From: Nitrosopumilus sp.
Lineage (GTDB): Archaea; Thermoproteota; Nitrososphaeria; Nitrososphaerales; Nitrosopumilaceae
Reading direction: 5' to 3'
Length of the DNA: 64,000 bases
Assembly: GCA_965219345.1 (NCBI GenBank)
Contig: OZ244732.1
Coordinates: 1,280,001-1,344,000 of the forward strand
Shown here: positions 1-10,575 of the stretch, one piece after another
How positions within the stretch are numbered: the stretch's first letter is position 1
How the letters are laid out: the number at the start of each line of letters is the position of its first letter
Position numbers and translations under genes: made by a program
Notes under the pieces: generated by a model
Seen by the model: the letters and a program-made list of their open reading frames with translations, nothing else
Told to the model about the DNA's origin: nothing
Databases searched by the model: none

Positions 1-430
1 CTCTTGTGTATGCCCTGTCCTGTGAGTTTACGGGCCTTGGATACAAATGGTAAAGCCGCTTCCAGTGTATGGCAACATCGTTTGTATCAAGTAGCACCTT
101 GATTGGTTTTGGATAGTTTGGGACGGTGTTGGGACTAATCTCTCCCTGTCTTACTAGTCCGTTAAAGTGCTTGATGTATTCTGCAATGATGTTTGTGCCA
201 GCCTTTGGGTTTTTCTCACAGAGCTTGACAAAGCATTCTGCACTGGACTCTAATGTTCCGTCTGGGACCGCGCATCCTAGCTGTTCGTAAAGTTCTTGCG
301 GTACCTCCCTTAGAAACCTCTCGAGGTTTTTGACATAGTGCCTCTTTGTTCCAGGGTCTTTTATGCCATCAAGGAACTTTTCGTATGGAACCCCATCAGT
401 TGTAATCTTTTGTAGATCAATTTCGAGCAT
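1..430 (-). CDS. Tyrosine integrase/recombinase, N-terminal part (runs off the window start)
   Basis: Manual translation from ATG at 430: MLEIDLQKITTDGVPYEKFLDGIKDPGTKRHY...SPNTVPNYPKPIKVLLDTNDVAIHWKRLYHLYP...DRAYTR. It resembles the integrase at 54324 (PNSIPAYYYPIQSFFESNDVDLRWRK...DKPYT) and lies 45 bp from a tRNA 3' end. Confidence 0.75.
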   Translation of the reverse strand, partial: MLEIDLQKITTDGVPYEKFLDGIKDPGTKRHYVKNLERFLREVPQELYEQLGCAVPDGTLESSAECFVKLCEKNPKAGTNIIAEYIKHFNGLVRQGEISPNTVPNYPKPIKVLLDTNDVAIHWKRLYHLYPRPVNSQDRAYTR

Positions 431-474
431 TCCACCCTTTATGTTTGAACCAGATTTAAGCCCCTCATGATATA

Positions 475-566
475 TGGACCGGATGGGATTTGAACCCACG
501 ACCTTTGCGGGATTTCTCCTTACGCAGTGTGAGTGCGTCATCCAAACCAAACTAGACGACCAGTCC
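475..566 (-). tRNA. tRNA-Val(CAC) with a 17-nt non-canonical intron (504-520)
   Basis: Acceptor stem GGACTGG/CCGGTCC, anticodon arm ACGCA-CTCACAC-TGCGT, T arm GTGGG-TTCAAAT-CCCAT. The extra 17 nt form a bulge-helix-bulge. Confidence 0.9.
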
Positions 567-661
567 AACGAACTTACAAAAGTACAAGCTTTTCTATCTT
601 TGGATTTTCAGATATTTCGTAATTACCATCCCCTTTTGTACTAATTTTCAAAACATACACC

Positions 662-910
662 ATGTCACTACAGGAATTTGATGCCTTGATTGATAAAATG
701 AACTTGGCATTTGAATACGCAGAAAATCTTGGACAATATGTCTCTGCAGCCAAAGTTTTGTTCCAAATGAATGAACAACTACCTGAAGACATTCAACTAT
801 CCCTTGAGGAATTAGAAAATCCTGAAGCTGCAAAATCCTTCACAACACAATACAGTTCAGAAATAAAATCAGCAATTACACAGTATAGACAAAGATTGAT
901 GAATTTCTAG
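662..910 (+). CDS. Hypothetical protein
   Basis: 82-aa ORF with host-like composition. Confidence 0.65.
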   Translation: MSLQEFDALIDKMNLAFEYAENLGQYVSAAKVLFQMNEQLPEDIQLSLEELENPEAAKSFTTQYSSEIKSAITQYRQRLMNF

Positions 911-912
911 TT

Positions 913-1080
913 CTATTTCTTAACGCCGAGAGTCCTGTTCTTTAGTCTAAGATATGGGTTTCTGCATTTTCTGCATCTTATGGCATCTATATCATTTCTG
1001 GCTCCACACTTGAAGCAGATCTTCATAACAAGACGTGATTGTTGTGCAATGCGTTTCTTCTCGGGGTCTGTGATTGGCAT
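913..1080 (-). CDS. rpl40e: 50S ribosomal protein L40e
   Basis: Manual translation MPITDPEKKRIAQQSRLVMKICFKCGARNDIDAIRCRKCRNPYLRLKNRTLGVKK, with the L40e CxxC...CRKC pattern. Confidence 0.9.
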   Translation of the reverse strand: MPITDPEKKRIAQQSRLVMKICFKCGARNDIDAIRCRKCRNPYLRLKNRTLGVKK

Positions 1081-1111
1081 TTAATTCACTCCAAAATCTC
1101 TCTCTTTTATT

Positions 1112-2026
1112 CTAATCGGATTTTTGCATCTTTCCTGCTAGTAACACTGGTACTTCTGCAGGTCTCTTTGCTACTGGAACGTTTGCTTTGTTAAACATGG
1201 ATATCTTGGATTCTGCAGAACCATAAGTTCCCATTACTATAGCTCCGGCATGTCCCATTCTCTTCTCTTTTGGTGCTGCTCTTCCAGCAATGTATGCTAC
1301 TGTTGGTTTGTTAAACTCTAAATCAATAATTTTCTGAGCTAAAATTTCTTCCGAGTCTCCGCCAATCTCTCCCACAACTACCAGTCCCTCCAAGTCTGGA
1401 ACGTCTTTTACCATTTCAAATGCATCAATGAGCCTTGTTCCATTAACTGGGTCTCCTCCAATTCCAATTGTAATTGATTGTCCAAATCCTGCAGTGGTTA
1501 GTGCATCTGAAATTTCATAGAGCAAAGTTCCACTCTTTGATAGAACAGCAATCTTCCCTGCCTTGAAAGGAGTTACTGGCATGATTCCGATCTTGATTAG
1601 TTCTGGGATCATTATTCCTGGAGTGTTTGGTCCAATTACTGTAGCTCCTTTCTCTTTTGCTAATTCTAATACTGCCATAGTATCTCTAATTGGAACATGT
1701 TCTGGTATTGCAACTAGTAGCTTGATTCCGGCTTCAAGTGCATCTTTTGCAGCAGCGAGAAAGAATTTTGCTGGAACAAAGATAATTGAAATTTTTGCAT
1801 TTGTAGCATCTACTGCCTCTTGCATTGTATCATAGATTGGAATTGTATCTTCAAATTTCTGACCTCCCTTGCCCGGGGTCACTCCTGCAATTATGTTAGT
1901 TCCATCTATAATCATATGCCTTGCATGAATGGAGCCGTATGCTCCAGTAATTCCCTGAACGATAACTCCTTTTTTCATATAATCAGAATCTTCTGGATTT
2001 CCTTTGAGCAGTTCAAAGATATCCAT
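1112..2026 (-). CDS. sucD: Succinyl-CoA ligase alpha subunit
   Basis: VQGITG, GPNTPG and RMGHAGA phospho-His motif. Confidence 0.95.
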   Translation of the reverse strand: MDIFELLKGNPEDSDYMKKGVIVQGITGAYGSIHARHMIIDGTNIIAGVTPGKGGQKFEDTIPIYDTMQEAVDATNAKISIIFVPAKFFLAAAKDALEAGIKLLVAIPEHVPIRDTMAVLELAKEKGATVIGPNTPGIMIPELIKIGIMPVTPFKAGKIAVLSKSGTLLYEISDALTTAGFGQSITIGIGGDPVNGTRLIDAFEMVKDVPDLEGLVVVGEIGGDSEEILAQKIIDLEFNKPTVAYIAGRAAPKEKRMGHAGAIVMGTYGSAESKISMFNKANVPVAKRPAEVPVLLAGKMQKSD

Positions 2027-3132
2027 TATTTTTTTACTCCCATTACTGCTGCATTGATTGCTTCTTCCACTGAATCAAATATCTTGGTTTTAGAACCTCG
2101 AAGCATCTCTTTTGCCTTTTCTGATTCAGTTCCTTTCAGTCTTGAAAACACTGGCAAGTCAATCAAATTATTTTCATATGCTTTAAGAAATGCTTCAGCT
2201 ACTACTGTTGTCTTTACAATTCCGCCATAAAGATTTACAAGAATTCCTTTTACTTTACTTATCTTACTGATCAAAGTTAATGCTTCGTAAACTGATTCTG
2301 TAGTTGCACCGCCACCAACATCAAGAAAACATGCTGGCTTGCCACCACTATCAGATAACATATCAAGTGTAGACATTACAAGTCCTGCACCATTCCCTAC
2401 TACTGCAATATTCCCATCTAGTTCCACTAAGGAGAACCCACTTTTTTCTGCTCTTGTTTCTATCTCTGACATCTCCTGGTATTTTCGTAATTCTTCATGT
2501 CGAAAATCACTATTATCATCTGTAACAAATTTACCGTCAAGTGCAATTACTGAATCGTCTTGCATGATTGCAAGTGGATTGATCTCTACAAGTTCAGCTT
2601 CTTTTTCAATTGTAAGCTTTGATAATTTTTTCAAAGTATCGACAAAACCATCTGCTGTCTTTCCTTCTAGTCCCATCTCTTTTGCAACTTCGTTTGCAAT
2701 CTCATCTGAGACATCTCCTAATCCAATCTCTTTGATGATTTGATTTTTTACTGATTCGATCTCAACTCCACCTTCTGCTGATGCAATGATTGTGTAGTGT
2801 CTTTTTGAACGGTTCAAAAATATAGAAAGATACAACTCTTTTTTGATGTCTGCCATCTTTTCAAGCAGAATTGCCCTAGCTTTCTCTCCTTTAATTACCA
2901 AATCCATGACTTGAGGGTACTTTAGCTCAAATTCATCATCGTTTTGGCATGTTTGAATTCCTCCTGCCTTTCCCCTTCCTCCTACGGGAACCTGAATTTT
3001 AATCACAAATGGGTATCCTAACTCCTTTGCATGCTTTTTTCCTTCCTCTATATTAGTAGATGACTTGCTATCGAGAAGATTAATTCCATATTCTCGAAAT
3101 AATTCCTTTGCTTGAAACTCTAGTAAACGCAT
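2026..3132 (-). CDS. sucC: Succinyl-CoA ligase beta subunit
   Basis: GGRGKAGGI, EINPL, NGAGLVM and FLDVGGG motifs. Confidence 0.95.
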   Translation of the reverse strand: MRLLEFQAKELFREYGINLLDSKSSTNIEEGKKHAKELGYPFVIKIQVPVGGRGKAGGIQTCQNDDEFELKYPQVMDLVIKGEKARAILLEKMADIKKELYLSIFLNRSKRHYTIIASAEGGVEIESVKNQIIKEIGLGDVSDEIANEVAKEMGLEGKTADGFVDTLKKLSKLTIEKEAELVEINPLAIMQDDSVIALDGKFVTDDNSDFRHEELRKYQEMSEIETRAEKSGFSLVELDGNIAVVGNGAGLVMSTLDMLSDSGGKPACFLDVGGGATTESVYEALTLISKISKVKGILVNLYGGIVKTTVVAEAFLKAYENNLIDLPVFSRLKGTESEKAKEMLRGSKTKIFDSVEEAINAAVMGVKK

Positions 3133-3160
3133 GCAAAAATTCTGACCTTCACGGTCTTTA

Positions 3161-3502
3161 TTAATTATGATATTGTCTCAGCTGTTCCTCAAGAAAATCA
3201 ATCATCTCTAAAAAGCGATCCTGGCTTTTTCTCAATAATTCTTGAGGATAATCTTGAATTGTAAATACTATTTGTTGATGAATGCTTGGAACTAAAATTC
3301 CTCCTGATGTAATTAACTGCTCAATGACATATCCTTTGGTAAGTGTACACACAATTTCTTCATAAGATTCTTCTTCTTCTTCTAGAGTTTGTCTGTACAG
3401 AACAATAGGTTTGTTTGTCTTTGCAACAATGTTTGAACCTTTTTCTAACAAATCTGATAAATGCTGAATCTGCCAAGCATCAAGGCTAATCTGCTTAACC
3501 AT
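3161..3502 (-). CDS. Hypothetical protein
   Basis: 113-aa ORF. Confidence 0.6.
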   Translation of the reverse strand: MVKQISLDAWQIQHLSDLLEKGSNIVAKTNKPIVLYRQTLEEEEESYEEIVCTLTKGYVIEQLITSGGILVPSIHQQIVFTIQDYPQELLRKSQDRFLEMIDFLEEQLRQYHN

Positions 3503-3605
3503 ATTCTTTATACGTAGTTTTTCTATTTAACCGTGATAAAACAACGCATATTCACTATTTGTCGTCAATAAAGTAACCAAAGTCAAAAAGAAAATGATTT
3601 GGCAT

Positions 3606-4193
3606 TTATGCCATATCTAGTGCTCGAGAGTGCTTTCTAGTATGTGGCCTTTCACCCGAATGCTTTCTTCTCATGTGTCCTGATGGTCTTCCATAGATTA
3701 GTTCTAGGAACCATGACTCATGTTCAATCTCTTCTGCTAAGATATCTTTTGCAATGTCATATGTTGCAGGATCTTTGCCCAGCGTCATTTTACAAATTTT
3801 ATCCCAGTTAACAATTGCACCTTGTTCTGCTTTGAGACATTTTTCTAGGATTTCTTTGTGATCTGTTGGATTTGCTGGAAGCTGTAAGAATTCACAACCT
3901 GACATCTTGATAAACTCAGTTGCATCATTTGGAAGAGTACCTCCTAACTGATAGATTCTCTCAAGACAAGACTCAAAATGACTAAGATCTTCTAACCTTG
4001 CATCCTCAATAATTCCTTTGAGTCCCTCTCCTTTCATGCCTGTACAATGTGCTCTGAGGTTGGTAAAGTAGTAGTATGCTGTAAATTCAACTGCAGCATT
4101 GCTGATTAACTGTTTTAGTAGTTCATCAACATCAAGACCATTTTGTTTTAGAATATTAATTCCAACAACATTTGGTTTACTTGATTCGGACAT
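3606..4193 (-). CDS. DPS-like (DPSL) ferritin-family protein
   Basis: EFTAYYY, EDARLEDLSHFE and EEIEHESWF di-iron motifs; GRPSGH. Confidence 0.9.
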   Translation of the reverse strand: MSESSKPNVVGINILKQNGLDVDELLKQLISNAAVEFTAYYYFTNLRAHCTGMKGEGLKGIIEDARLEDLSHFESCLERIYQLGGTLPNDATEFIKMSGCEFLQLPANPTDHKEILEKCLKAEQGAIVNWDKICKMTLGKDPATYDIAKDILAEEIEHESWFLELIYGRPSGHMRRKHSGERPHTRKHSRALDMA

Positions 4194-4244
4194 TATTCTT
4201 GCAAATTATGATTCTAATAAAAATATTACACTAATTCTCAAAAT

Positions 4245-7200
4245 CTATTCTACTGAGATTCTGATTTTTTGTCCATCAATATCATCTTCTTTGTATTCTT
4301 TACAAGATTCCGAAAAATTCACCTGTTTTACTCTAACTAAAAATGCCAACTCTTCTGCTCTTTCTTTTACCATTTCAAGTGATTCATCATCTAAATCAAG
4401 AATAGATGCAACACCTAAAACATCAGTTGGATTGTATCCTCTCTCTTTTCTAAGAGTTTGCAGCCTTCTTGCAACATCTTTTACTAGCCCCTTTGCCACC
4501 AAGTCTTTGTTTCGTGATGTTGAGATAAACACGATATAGTTGTCTCTTTTTGCTGCTGCAAAGTTTTCACTTGCATCAAAATCTATAATGAAGTCTTCAT
4601 TGTCAAGTGAGATAGTTTCTCCATCAATATCAAAATTATATTTACCATCTTTTTGTAATGATGAAATAATTTCTTCAGGATTGGTTTCATTAAATGTTGT
4701 AACTAGTTTTCCCATGTGTTGTTTTGCTTTAGGCCCAATTCTTTTTCTTTCTAATTCAACTATTGCTTTAACAGGCAATCCTAACTGTTTTAATTCTAAA
4801 AGTTGTTCTAATCCTGATTCTTTTTGTGTTTCAAAAATATTGAATTTTTCTACGTTTAATTGAGATTGTAACAAATCTGATAATGATTCAAGTTTACTTT
4901 TTTGATCTTTTCTTACACAAATTTGTACTTCGTTTAGAGGCCACCTTCTCTTTAGTTTTCCTTTCATTTTTGCAGCTGATGATACAGATACAACATCTTT
5001 CATAATACCAAATGACTCTTCAATCTCTTGATTAACAAGTGATTCTTGGTATTGAGGCCATGAATCAAGTAGAATGCTTTGTTTTCCCTCAAACACTGTT
5101 TGATATAGATGCTCACTAGAAAATGGACAAAATGGATGAATCAAAATATCTAGAGTTTTGAGTACTTCACCTAGTACTGCATATATTGCCAGTCTTCTGT
5201 TTTTCTTTTCCTCGTCTTCATTCCATAATTCTCCTCTAGTAATTGGAATGTACACTTGGCTTAGATTATTTATGATAAAATCATCAATTGCCTTCGCACC
5301 CTCGTGGAATTTACATGTCTGATTCTTTTCTGTAATTTCACGGATTAATTTTTGAAGTTTTGATAAGAGCCAAATATCTGGCGATGTTAACAAATCATTT
5401 TGCTTTGCCCACTCAATTGTGCTTGATTGTTCAAAATTATCATACTCACTATTTTGCTTAAAGTAAAGATGCAGATTGAACAGTGTATTGATCACCTGAT
5501 ATGGCCTTGACATTAATTCATCTGTGCTGAAACTTAGTGGTTCAATTGGGCTTGCCTTCCACATAAAGTAGAATCGTACTAAATCTGCTGGATATTTTCG
5601 TAGTAATTCTGCTCCCTCCAAAACATTTCCTTTGCTTTTACTCATCTTGCCTCCTTTTTCATCAAGAACGTGTCCTTGAAACAAAAATGACTTGTAAGGT
5701 GGAGTTGGATTATTGCTTAAAATAACATTTTCAATTAAAAGAGTGTATGCCCACCCTCTAGTTTGATCAATCCCTTCTGTAAAAAATGGTGCAGGAATTT
5801 CTTTTGAATATTCTTCATCTGTCAATGATGCATATGGTGCAGAACCGCTATTGTGCCATGTATCTAAAACATACTCTTCTCTCTTTGTATTGATGCTACT
5901 ACATTTTTTGCATTTTACAGTAACATTGTCAATCCATGGTCTATGTAGTTCAAAATCTGGCCCGTCTGGCAAATTATATGCTGCATCAACTATTTCTTTT
6001 CTTGTAAAGAACCAATTTTTTTCACCACAATCTTCACAATTCCAAACAGGTAATGGGCAACCCCAAATTCTTTCTCGTGAAATACACCATGGATGTCTTT
6101 CTTTGATAATTCCAAGGAATCTGTTTTTTGGCTGCTCAAAAAAGTACTCTACGCTTTCTGCAGCATCAATTGCTTTGTTCTCAAGACGGTCTAATTTGTA
6201 AAACCAACCTCTTCTTGCAAGCCATACAATTGGATGGTGTGATCTCCAACACAAGGGATACTTGTGTTTAATTTTTCCAATCTTTACTAGGGCATTACAG
6301 TCTTTTAGATCCTCTACAATTGTTCTATCTGCATCTCTGACAAACATTCCTGTATACCTGCCTGCTTGAGCAGTAAATTTTACTTCATCATCTATGGGGC
6401 TGAAAATCTTGACATTTCTTTTATTTGCAATTTTGATATCTTCTTCACCGTTTGCAGGAGATAGGTGTACTAATCCACTTCCTGTGGTGACATCGACAAA
6501 TGATTCAGAGACTGCAATATGATAATTGTCCGATTTTGCACACTCGTTTAATTCTGGAATTAAATCAAGTAATGGGTGGACGTATTTTTTTCCTTCAAAC
6601 TCTGAACCCTTTACAGTTTTTTCAATTTTATAATCGTCAATTTTTACCTCTACCATGAATTCCACTAGTCTTGTTTTTCCAATAACCCATGTTTCATTTT
6701 CTACTTTAACATAAACATAATCTTCTTTGGGTTGCAAACCCACCATTGCATCTGTAATTAGAGTAAATGGCATAGTAGTCCATACTATCAAAAATGCGTC
6801 TTCATCAACTAGTTTTACTTTGTAGTAAAGTGATGGATCTTTTACTTCTTCATATCCTTGATTTACTTCTGCATGGCTAAGTGATGTCTGGCAACTTGGA
6901 CAATATGCAATTACAGTAAAGTCTTCTTCTAAAATTTTATTTTCATATGCTTTTTTTAGCACTTGCCATTCTCTTTCTATAAATTCATCTCTGAAAGTCC
7001 AGTATGCTTTATCATGATTAAATGACATTCCAAGTAACTCATCAACGTCAACCCATACTTTGTTGTATTTCTCTACTACTTTTTTACATTCAGATACGAT
7101 TCTTTCAATTCCAAATTGTTTGATGGCTTCAGTCTTCCCACCTGTTACTCCTAACTCTTTTTCAACTTGTAATTCTACTGGAAGTCCTTGAGTGTCCCAC

Positions 7201-7442
7201 CCTCCATTGAATTCAATTTTTTTCCCTTGTAATGTATTGAATCTATACCACAAATCTTTGATGACTCTGCCTCTGAGATGTCCTGCATGTGGGATTCCAT
7301 TCATTGTTGGGGGGCCTTCAATGAATCTGATTTTTTCAGGTTTGTCAGATGCAAAAATCTGTTTTTCTAAATCTATTGATTTGATGTATTCTTTTATTTG
7401 GGATTCTATTGCTTTTGCATCAAACTTTGTAGAAAGTTCCAT
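4245..7442 (-). CDS. ileS: Isoleucine--tRNA ligase
   Basis: HAGH and KMSKS class I motifs, WTTMP, EGIDQTRGW. Confidence 0.95.
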   Translation of the reverse strand: MELSTKFDAKAIESQIKEYIKSIDLEKQIFASDKPEKIRFIEGPPTMNGIPHAGHLRGRVIKDLWYRFNTLQGKKIEFNGGWDTQGLPVELQVEKELGVTGGKTEAIKQFGIERIVSECKKVVEKYNKVWVDVDELLGMSFNHDKAYWTFRDEFIEREWQVLKKAYENKILEEDFTVIAYCPSCQTSLSHAEVNQGYEEVKDPSLYYKVKLVDEDAFLIVWTTMPFTLITDAMVGLQPKEDYVYVKVENETWVIGKTRLVEFMVEVKIDDYKIEKTVKGSEFEGKKYVHPLLDLIPELNECAKSDNYHIAVSESFVDVTTGSGLVHLSPANGEEDIKIANKRNVKIFSPIDDEVKFTAQAGRYTGMFVRDADRTIVEDLKDCNALVKIGKIKHKYPLCWRSHHPIVWLARRGWFYKLDRLENKAIDAAESVEYFFEQPKNRFLGIIKERHPWCISRERIWGCPLPVWNCEDCGEKNWFFTRKEIVDAAYNLPDGPDFELHRPWIDNVTVKCKKCSSINTKREEYVLDTWHNSGSAPYASLTDEEYSKEIPAPFFTEGIDQTRGWAYTLLIENVILSNNPTPPYKSFLFQGHVLDEKGGKMSKSKGNVLEGAELLRKYPADLVRFYFMWKASPIEPLSFSTDELMSRPYQVINTLFNLHLYFKQNSEYDNFEQSSTIEWAKQNDLLTSPDIWLLSKLQKLIREITEKNQTCKFHEGAKAIDDFIINNLSQVYIPITRGELWNEDEEKKNRRLAIYAVLGEVLKTLDILIHPFCPFSSEHLYQTVFEGKQSILLDSWPQYQESLVNQEIEESFGIMKDVVSVSSAAKMKGKLKRRWPLNEVQICVRKDQKSKLESLSDLLQSQLNVEKFNIFETQKESGLEQLLELKQLGLPVKAIVELERKRIGPKAKQHMGKLVTTFNETNPEEIISSLQKDGKYNFDIDGETISLDNEDFIIDFDASENFAAAKRDNYIVFISTSRNKDLVAKGLVKDVARRLQTLRKERGYNPTDVLGVASILDLDDESLEMVKERAEELAFLVRVKQVNFSESCKEYKEDDIDGQKIRISVE

Positions 7443-7525
7443 CTGGATTTTGATATGTACGTGACATTATAAAGCTAAATTGGTTTTCTGAGACTTGGAT
7501 TATATAATTGAACAAAAGATAATTT

Positions 7526-8791
7526 TTGTTGGTAAATGTTCTGGTAATTGGTTCTGGTGGGCGAGAACATGCATTGTCATGGAAATTATCTCAAAGTCCT
7601 CAAGTTGATATTGTTTTTACTGCTCCTGGAAACGGTGGCACTGAAAACAATGTTCCAATAGATGTAGATGATATAGATGGATTATCTGATTTTGCTCAAA
7701 AAAATAATTGTTTTACCGTAGTTGGACCTGAAGCCCCATTGGCAGCTGGAATTGTTGACAAATTTAATCAGAAGAATCTCAAAGTTTTTGGTCCCTCTCA
7801 ACAGGCAGCACAACTTGAATCAAGTAAGATTTGGGTCAAGAATTTCATGAAACGAAATAACATTCAGACAGCACGATTTGAAATATTTGATGGTGCCCAA
7901 AAAGCTCAAGATTATGTAGAATCTCTTGATTACAATGTTGTAGTAAAGGCTGATGGCCTTGCTGCAGGAAAAGGTGTTATTGTTTGTAATAGTAATGAAG
8001 AAGCATTTTCTGCAATCCAGACAATTTTAGTCAAAAAGACATTTGGAGATGCTGGAAATCGTATCATAATTGAAGAGAGAGTTGATGGGATTGAAGCATC
8101 ATACATTGCACTTTCTGATGGTGAGATTACTATTCCTATGGCATCAAGTCAAGATCATAAGAGAATTTTTGACAATGACAAAGGTCCAAACACTGGTGGT
8201 ATGGGTGCATATTCTCCAACACCAATTATTGATGACGCATTAGCACAAAAAATCCAGGAAAAAATAATTGATAAAACAATTCAATCTATGAAAAATGAAG
8301 GAATTTCATTTAAGGGATTTTTGTATGCTGGAGTAATGATTAGAGATAATGAACCATATGTTTTAGAATACAATGTAAGAATGGGCGACCCTGAATGTCA
8401 ACCAATCACAATGAGAATGGACTTTGACTTGTATGATTATTTTGTTGCAAGCATTAATGGAAAATTATCCTCAATGCCTCCTATCTCTTGGAAAAATCAA
8501 TCTTCAGTGTGTGTTGTATTGGCATCTGAAGGCTATCCAGAATCGTATCCCAAAGGTGAAGAAATCTCTGGGTTTGGTTCTGTTCCAAATGAAGCATATG
8601 TTTTTCATGCTGGTACAAAAAAGATAGATGGAAAAGTTCTCTCAAATGGTGGACGTGTTTTAGGAGTTACAGCATTAGGTGATTCTTTAGAATCTGCAAT
8701 TACAAATGCTTATGCTGCATCTGATAAAATCTCATGGACTCACAAGTATTATAGAAAAGATATTGGTCAGAAAGGACTAACTTATCTCTGA
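7526..8791 (+). CDS. purD: Phosphoribosylamine--glycine ligase
   Basis: GSGGREHAL, KADGLAAGKGV, GPNTGGMG. Confidence 0.97.
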   Translation: MLVNVLVIGSGGREHALSWKLSQSPQVDIVFTAPGNGGTENNVPIDVDDIDGLSDFAQKNNCFTVVGPEAPLAAGIVDKFNQKNLKVFGPSQQAAQLESSKIWVKNFMKRNNIQTARFEIFDGAQKAQDYVESLDYNVVVKADGLAAGKGVIVCNSNEEAFSAIQTILVKKTFGDAGNRIIIEERVDGIEASYIALSDGEITIPMASSQDHKRIFDNDKGPNTGGMGAYSPTPIIDDALAQKIQEKIIDKTIQSMKNEGISFKGFLYAGVMIRDNEPYVLEYNVRMGDPECQPITMRMDFDLYDYFVASINGKLSSMPPISWKNQSSVCVVLASEGYPESYPKGEEISGFGSVPNEAYVFHAGTKKIDGKVLSNGGRVLGVTALGDSLESAITNAYAASDKISWTHKYYRKDIGQKGLTYL

Positions 8792-9345
8792 GTTTGCAAA
8801 AATCTGTCTTCAGTTACAATCCAGTCAATAATGATATCATGTTCTGATTTTGGAATATTTTTTACAATTTGTTTTTCCCAAGTCAAAGATATTGTTGTAG
8901 TTTTGTGTTCTGCCAGAAATTTATCATAAAATCCATGACCATATCCTAACCTGACTCCAATCGGCGAAATTCCTACAGTTGGTACTAAAAGTACGTCTAG
9001 ATTGTTATCTGTTTGGCAGTCATCTTTAGGCTCCATAATATCAAAACTACCTTTTTCTAGACTTGAAAAGTCACTGATTTTTCTAAACTCCATTTTTTCT
9101 CCTATGACTTTGGGCAAAAACACATCTTTCCCGTTACTGAGCAATTCCTGAATGATGTCCTGCGTCAAAACTTCGCTTCCAATTGGATGATACACTCCAA
9201 CCTTCTGAGCATTTCTAAATGAATTAATCTTCTTTAATCTTTTTTGTATCTTCTCAGCTGATATCTTCATAAAATCAAAAGATGTGTTATCTCTTTTTTC
9301 TAAAAGAAGATTTCTCAATGATTTTTTTTCAGGACTGTCTTCCAA
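8782..9345 (-). CDS. 5-formyltetrahydrofolate cyclo-ligase
   Basis: RLGYGHGFYD motif; adjacent to folD. Confidence 0.92.
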   Translation of the reverse strand: MEDSPEKKSLRNLLLEKRDNTSFDFMKISAEKIQKRLKKINSFRNAQKVGVYHPIGSEVLTQDIIQELLSNGKDVFLPKVIGEKMEFRKISDFSSLEKGSFDIMEPKDDCQTDNNLDVLLVPTVGISPIGVRLGYGHGFYDKFLAEHKTTTISLTWEKQIVKNIPKSEHDIIIDWIVTEDRFLQTQR

Positions 9346-10198
9346 TTTGAGTGCTCAAAGATGCTGCAATAATCGTGTTTTTTAATAGCATGGCTACTGT
9401 CATAGGTCCAACTCCTCCTGGAACTGGTGTTGCAAAAGATGCTTTTTTGATAATTTCTTCATAGTCTGAATCTCCTACTAGTTTTTCTTGGAATCTTGAA
9501 ATTGCAACATCAATTACAATTGCACCTTCTTTAATCATCTCAGGAGTTAAGGTGAACTTGCTTCTATCACCAACCGCAGTAATGATAACATCAGCTGCTT
9601 GGCAAAGCTCTGTTAGATTTTTAGTTTTAGAATGACAGGTAATTACAGTTGCATTTCTTTGTAATAATAGATGATAAAGTGGTTTTCCAACAAGATTACT
9701 TCTATTAATTAATACAACATTCTGTCCACCTAAATCAATTTCATGATGATCAAACATCTCCATTACTCCTGATGGTGTGCATGCAACTAGAACTGCTTTA
9801 TTCATTGCAAGTAAACCTGAATTGTGTGGCGTTAAACCATCTACATCTTTTAGTGGGGATATCCTTGCAGTAGTGGAAAATTCATCTAATTGTTCAGGTA
9901 ATGGCAGTTGAACTAAAATTCCATGAACCGAACTATCATTGTTTAGATTTTCAATAATTTCATCAAGTTGTGTCCGTGAAACATTTGCATCAAGTTTATG
10001 ATCTTTAGTGGAAATTCCTATTTCTTCACAAGCCTTGTGCTTGTTTCTAACATATGTGGCAGATGCTGGATTATCTCCAATCAAAATTGTAGCCAAACAT
10101 GGAGTAATTCCTTGAGTTTTTAGATCTTCTACTGCTTTTTTTACTCTGTCTTTGACTGATTGGGCAATGAGTATTCCATCAATTTTGGTACCTACCAT
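9329..10198 (-). CDS. folD: Methylenetetrahydrofolate dehydrogenase/cyclohydrolase
   Basis: YVRNK, KDVDG, RSNLVGKP, PGGVGPMT. Confidence 0.97.
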   Translation of the reverse strand: MVGTKIDGILIAQSVKDRVKKAVEDLKTQGITPCLATILIGDNPASATYVRNKHKACEEIGISTKDHKLDANVSRTQLDEIIENLNNDSSVHGILVQLPLPEQLDEFSTTARISPLKDVDGLTPHNSGLLAMNKAVLVACTPSGVMEMFDHHEIDLGGQNVVLINRSNLVGKPLYHLLLQRNATVITCHSKTKNLTELCQAADVIITAVGDRSKFTLTPEMIKEGAIVIDVAISRFQEKLVGDSDYEEIIKKASFATPVPGGVGPMTVAMLLKNTIIAASLSTQIGRQS

Positions 10199-10289
10199 AA
10201 ACTGCCTTTGGTTTGTTGATATTTAATTCTTGGAATTCTTTGGTGAGAATCTTAGAAAAGAAATTAAATGGTATTTTTCTAGCCACAGT

Positions 10290-10574
10290 ATGTTTGTAAT
10301 GATGGCAGATGTTCAACTCAAAGAAGGTGTTGAAGAGGATTTCAAAAGTTGGTTTTCAGAGACAAACAAAGTATTGTCAAGCTTTCCAGGATTTATCTCA
10401 AGACGATTTTTAAAATCTGTAGATGGAAGTTATAAAATAATTGTAGAGCATGAAAGCAAGGAAACTTTTATTAAAATGCATCAAAGTCCTGAGCATAAAA
10501 AACTTCACCCAACAGGACATTCCTTTATGAGTGCAGATCCTGTAAGAAAAACATTCACAGTAGCTGCTGAATAA
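10290..10574 (+). CDS. Antibiotic biosynthesis monooxygenase (ABM) family protein
   Basis: FPGFIS and ESKETF..H.SPEH pattern; ATG at 10290 is the likely start. Confidence 0.7.
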   Translation: MFVMMADVQLKEGVEEDFKSWFSETNKVLSSFPGFISRRFLKSVDGSYKIIVEHESKETFIKMHQSPEHKKLHPTGHSFMSADPVRKTFTVAAE

Positions 10575-10575
10575 A

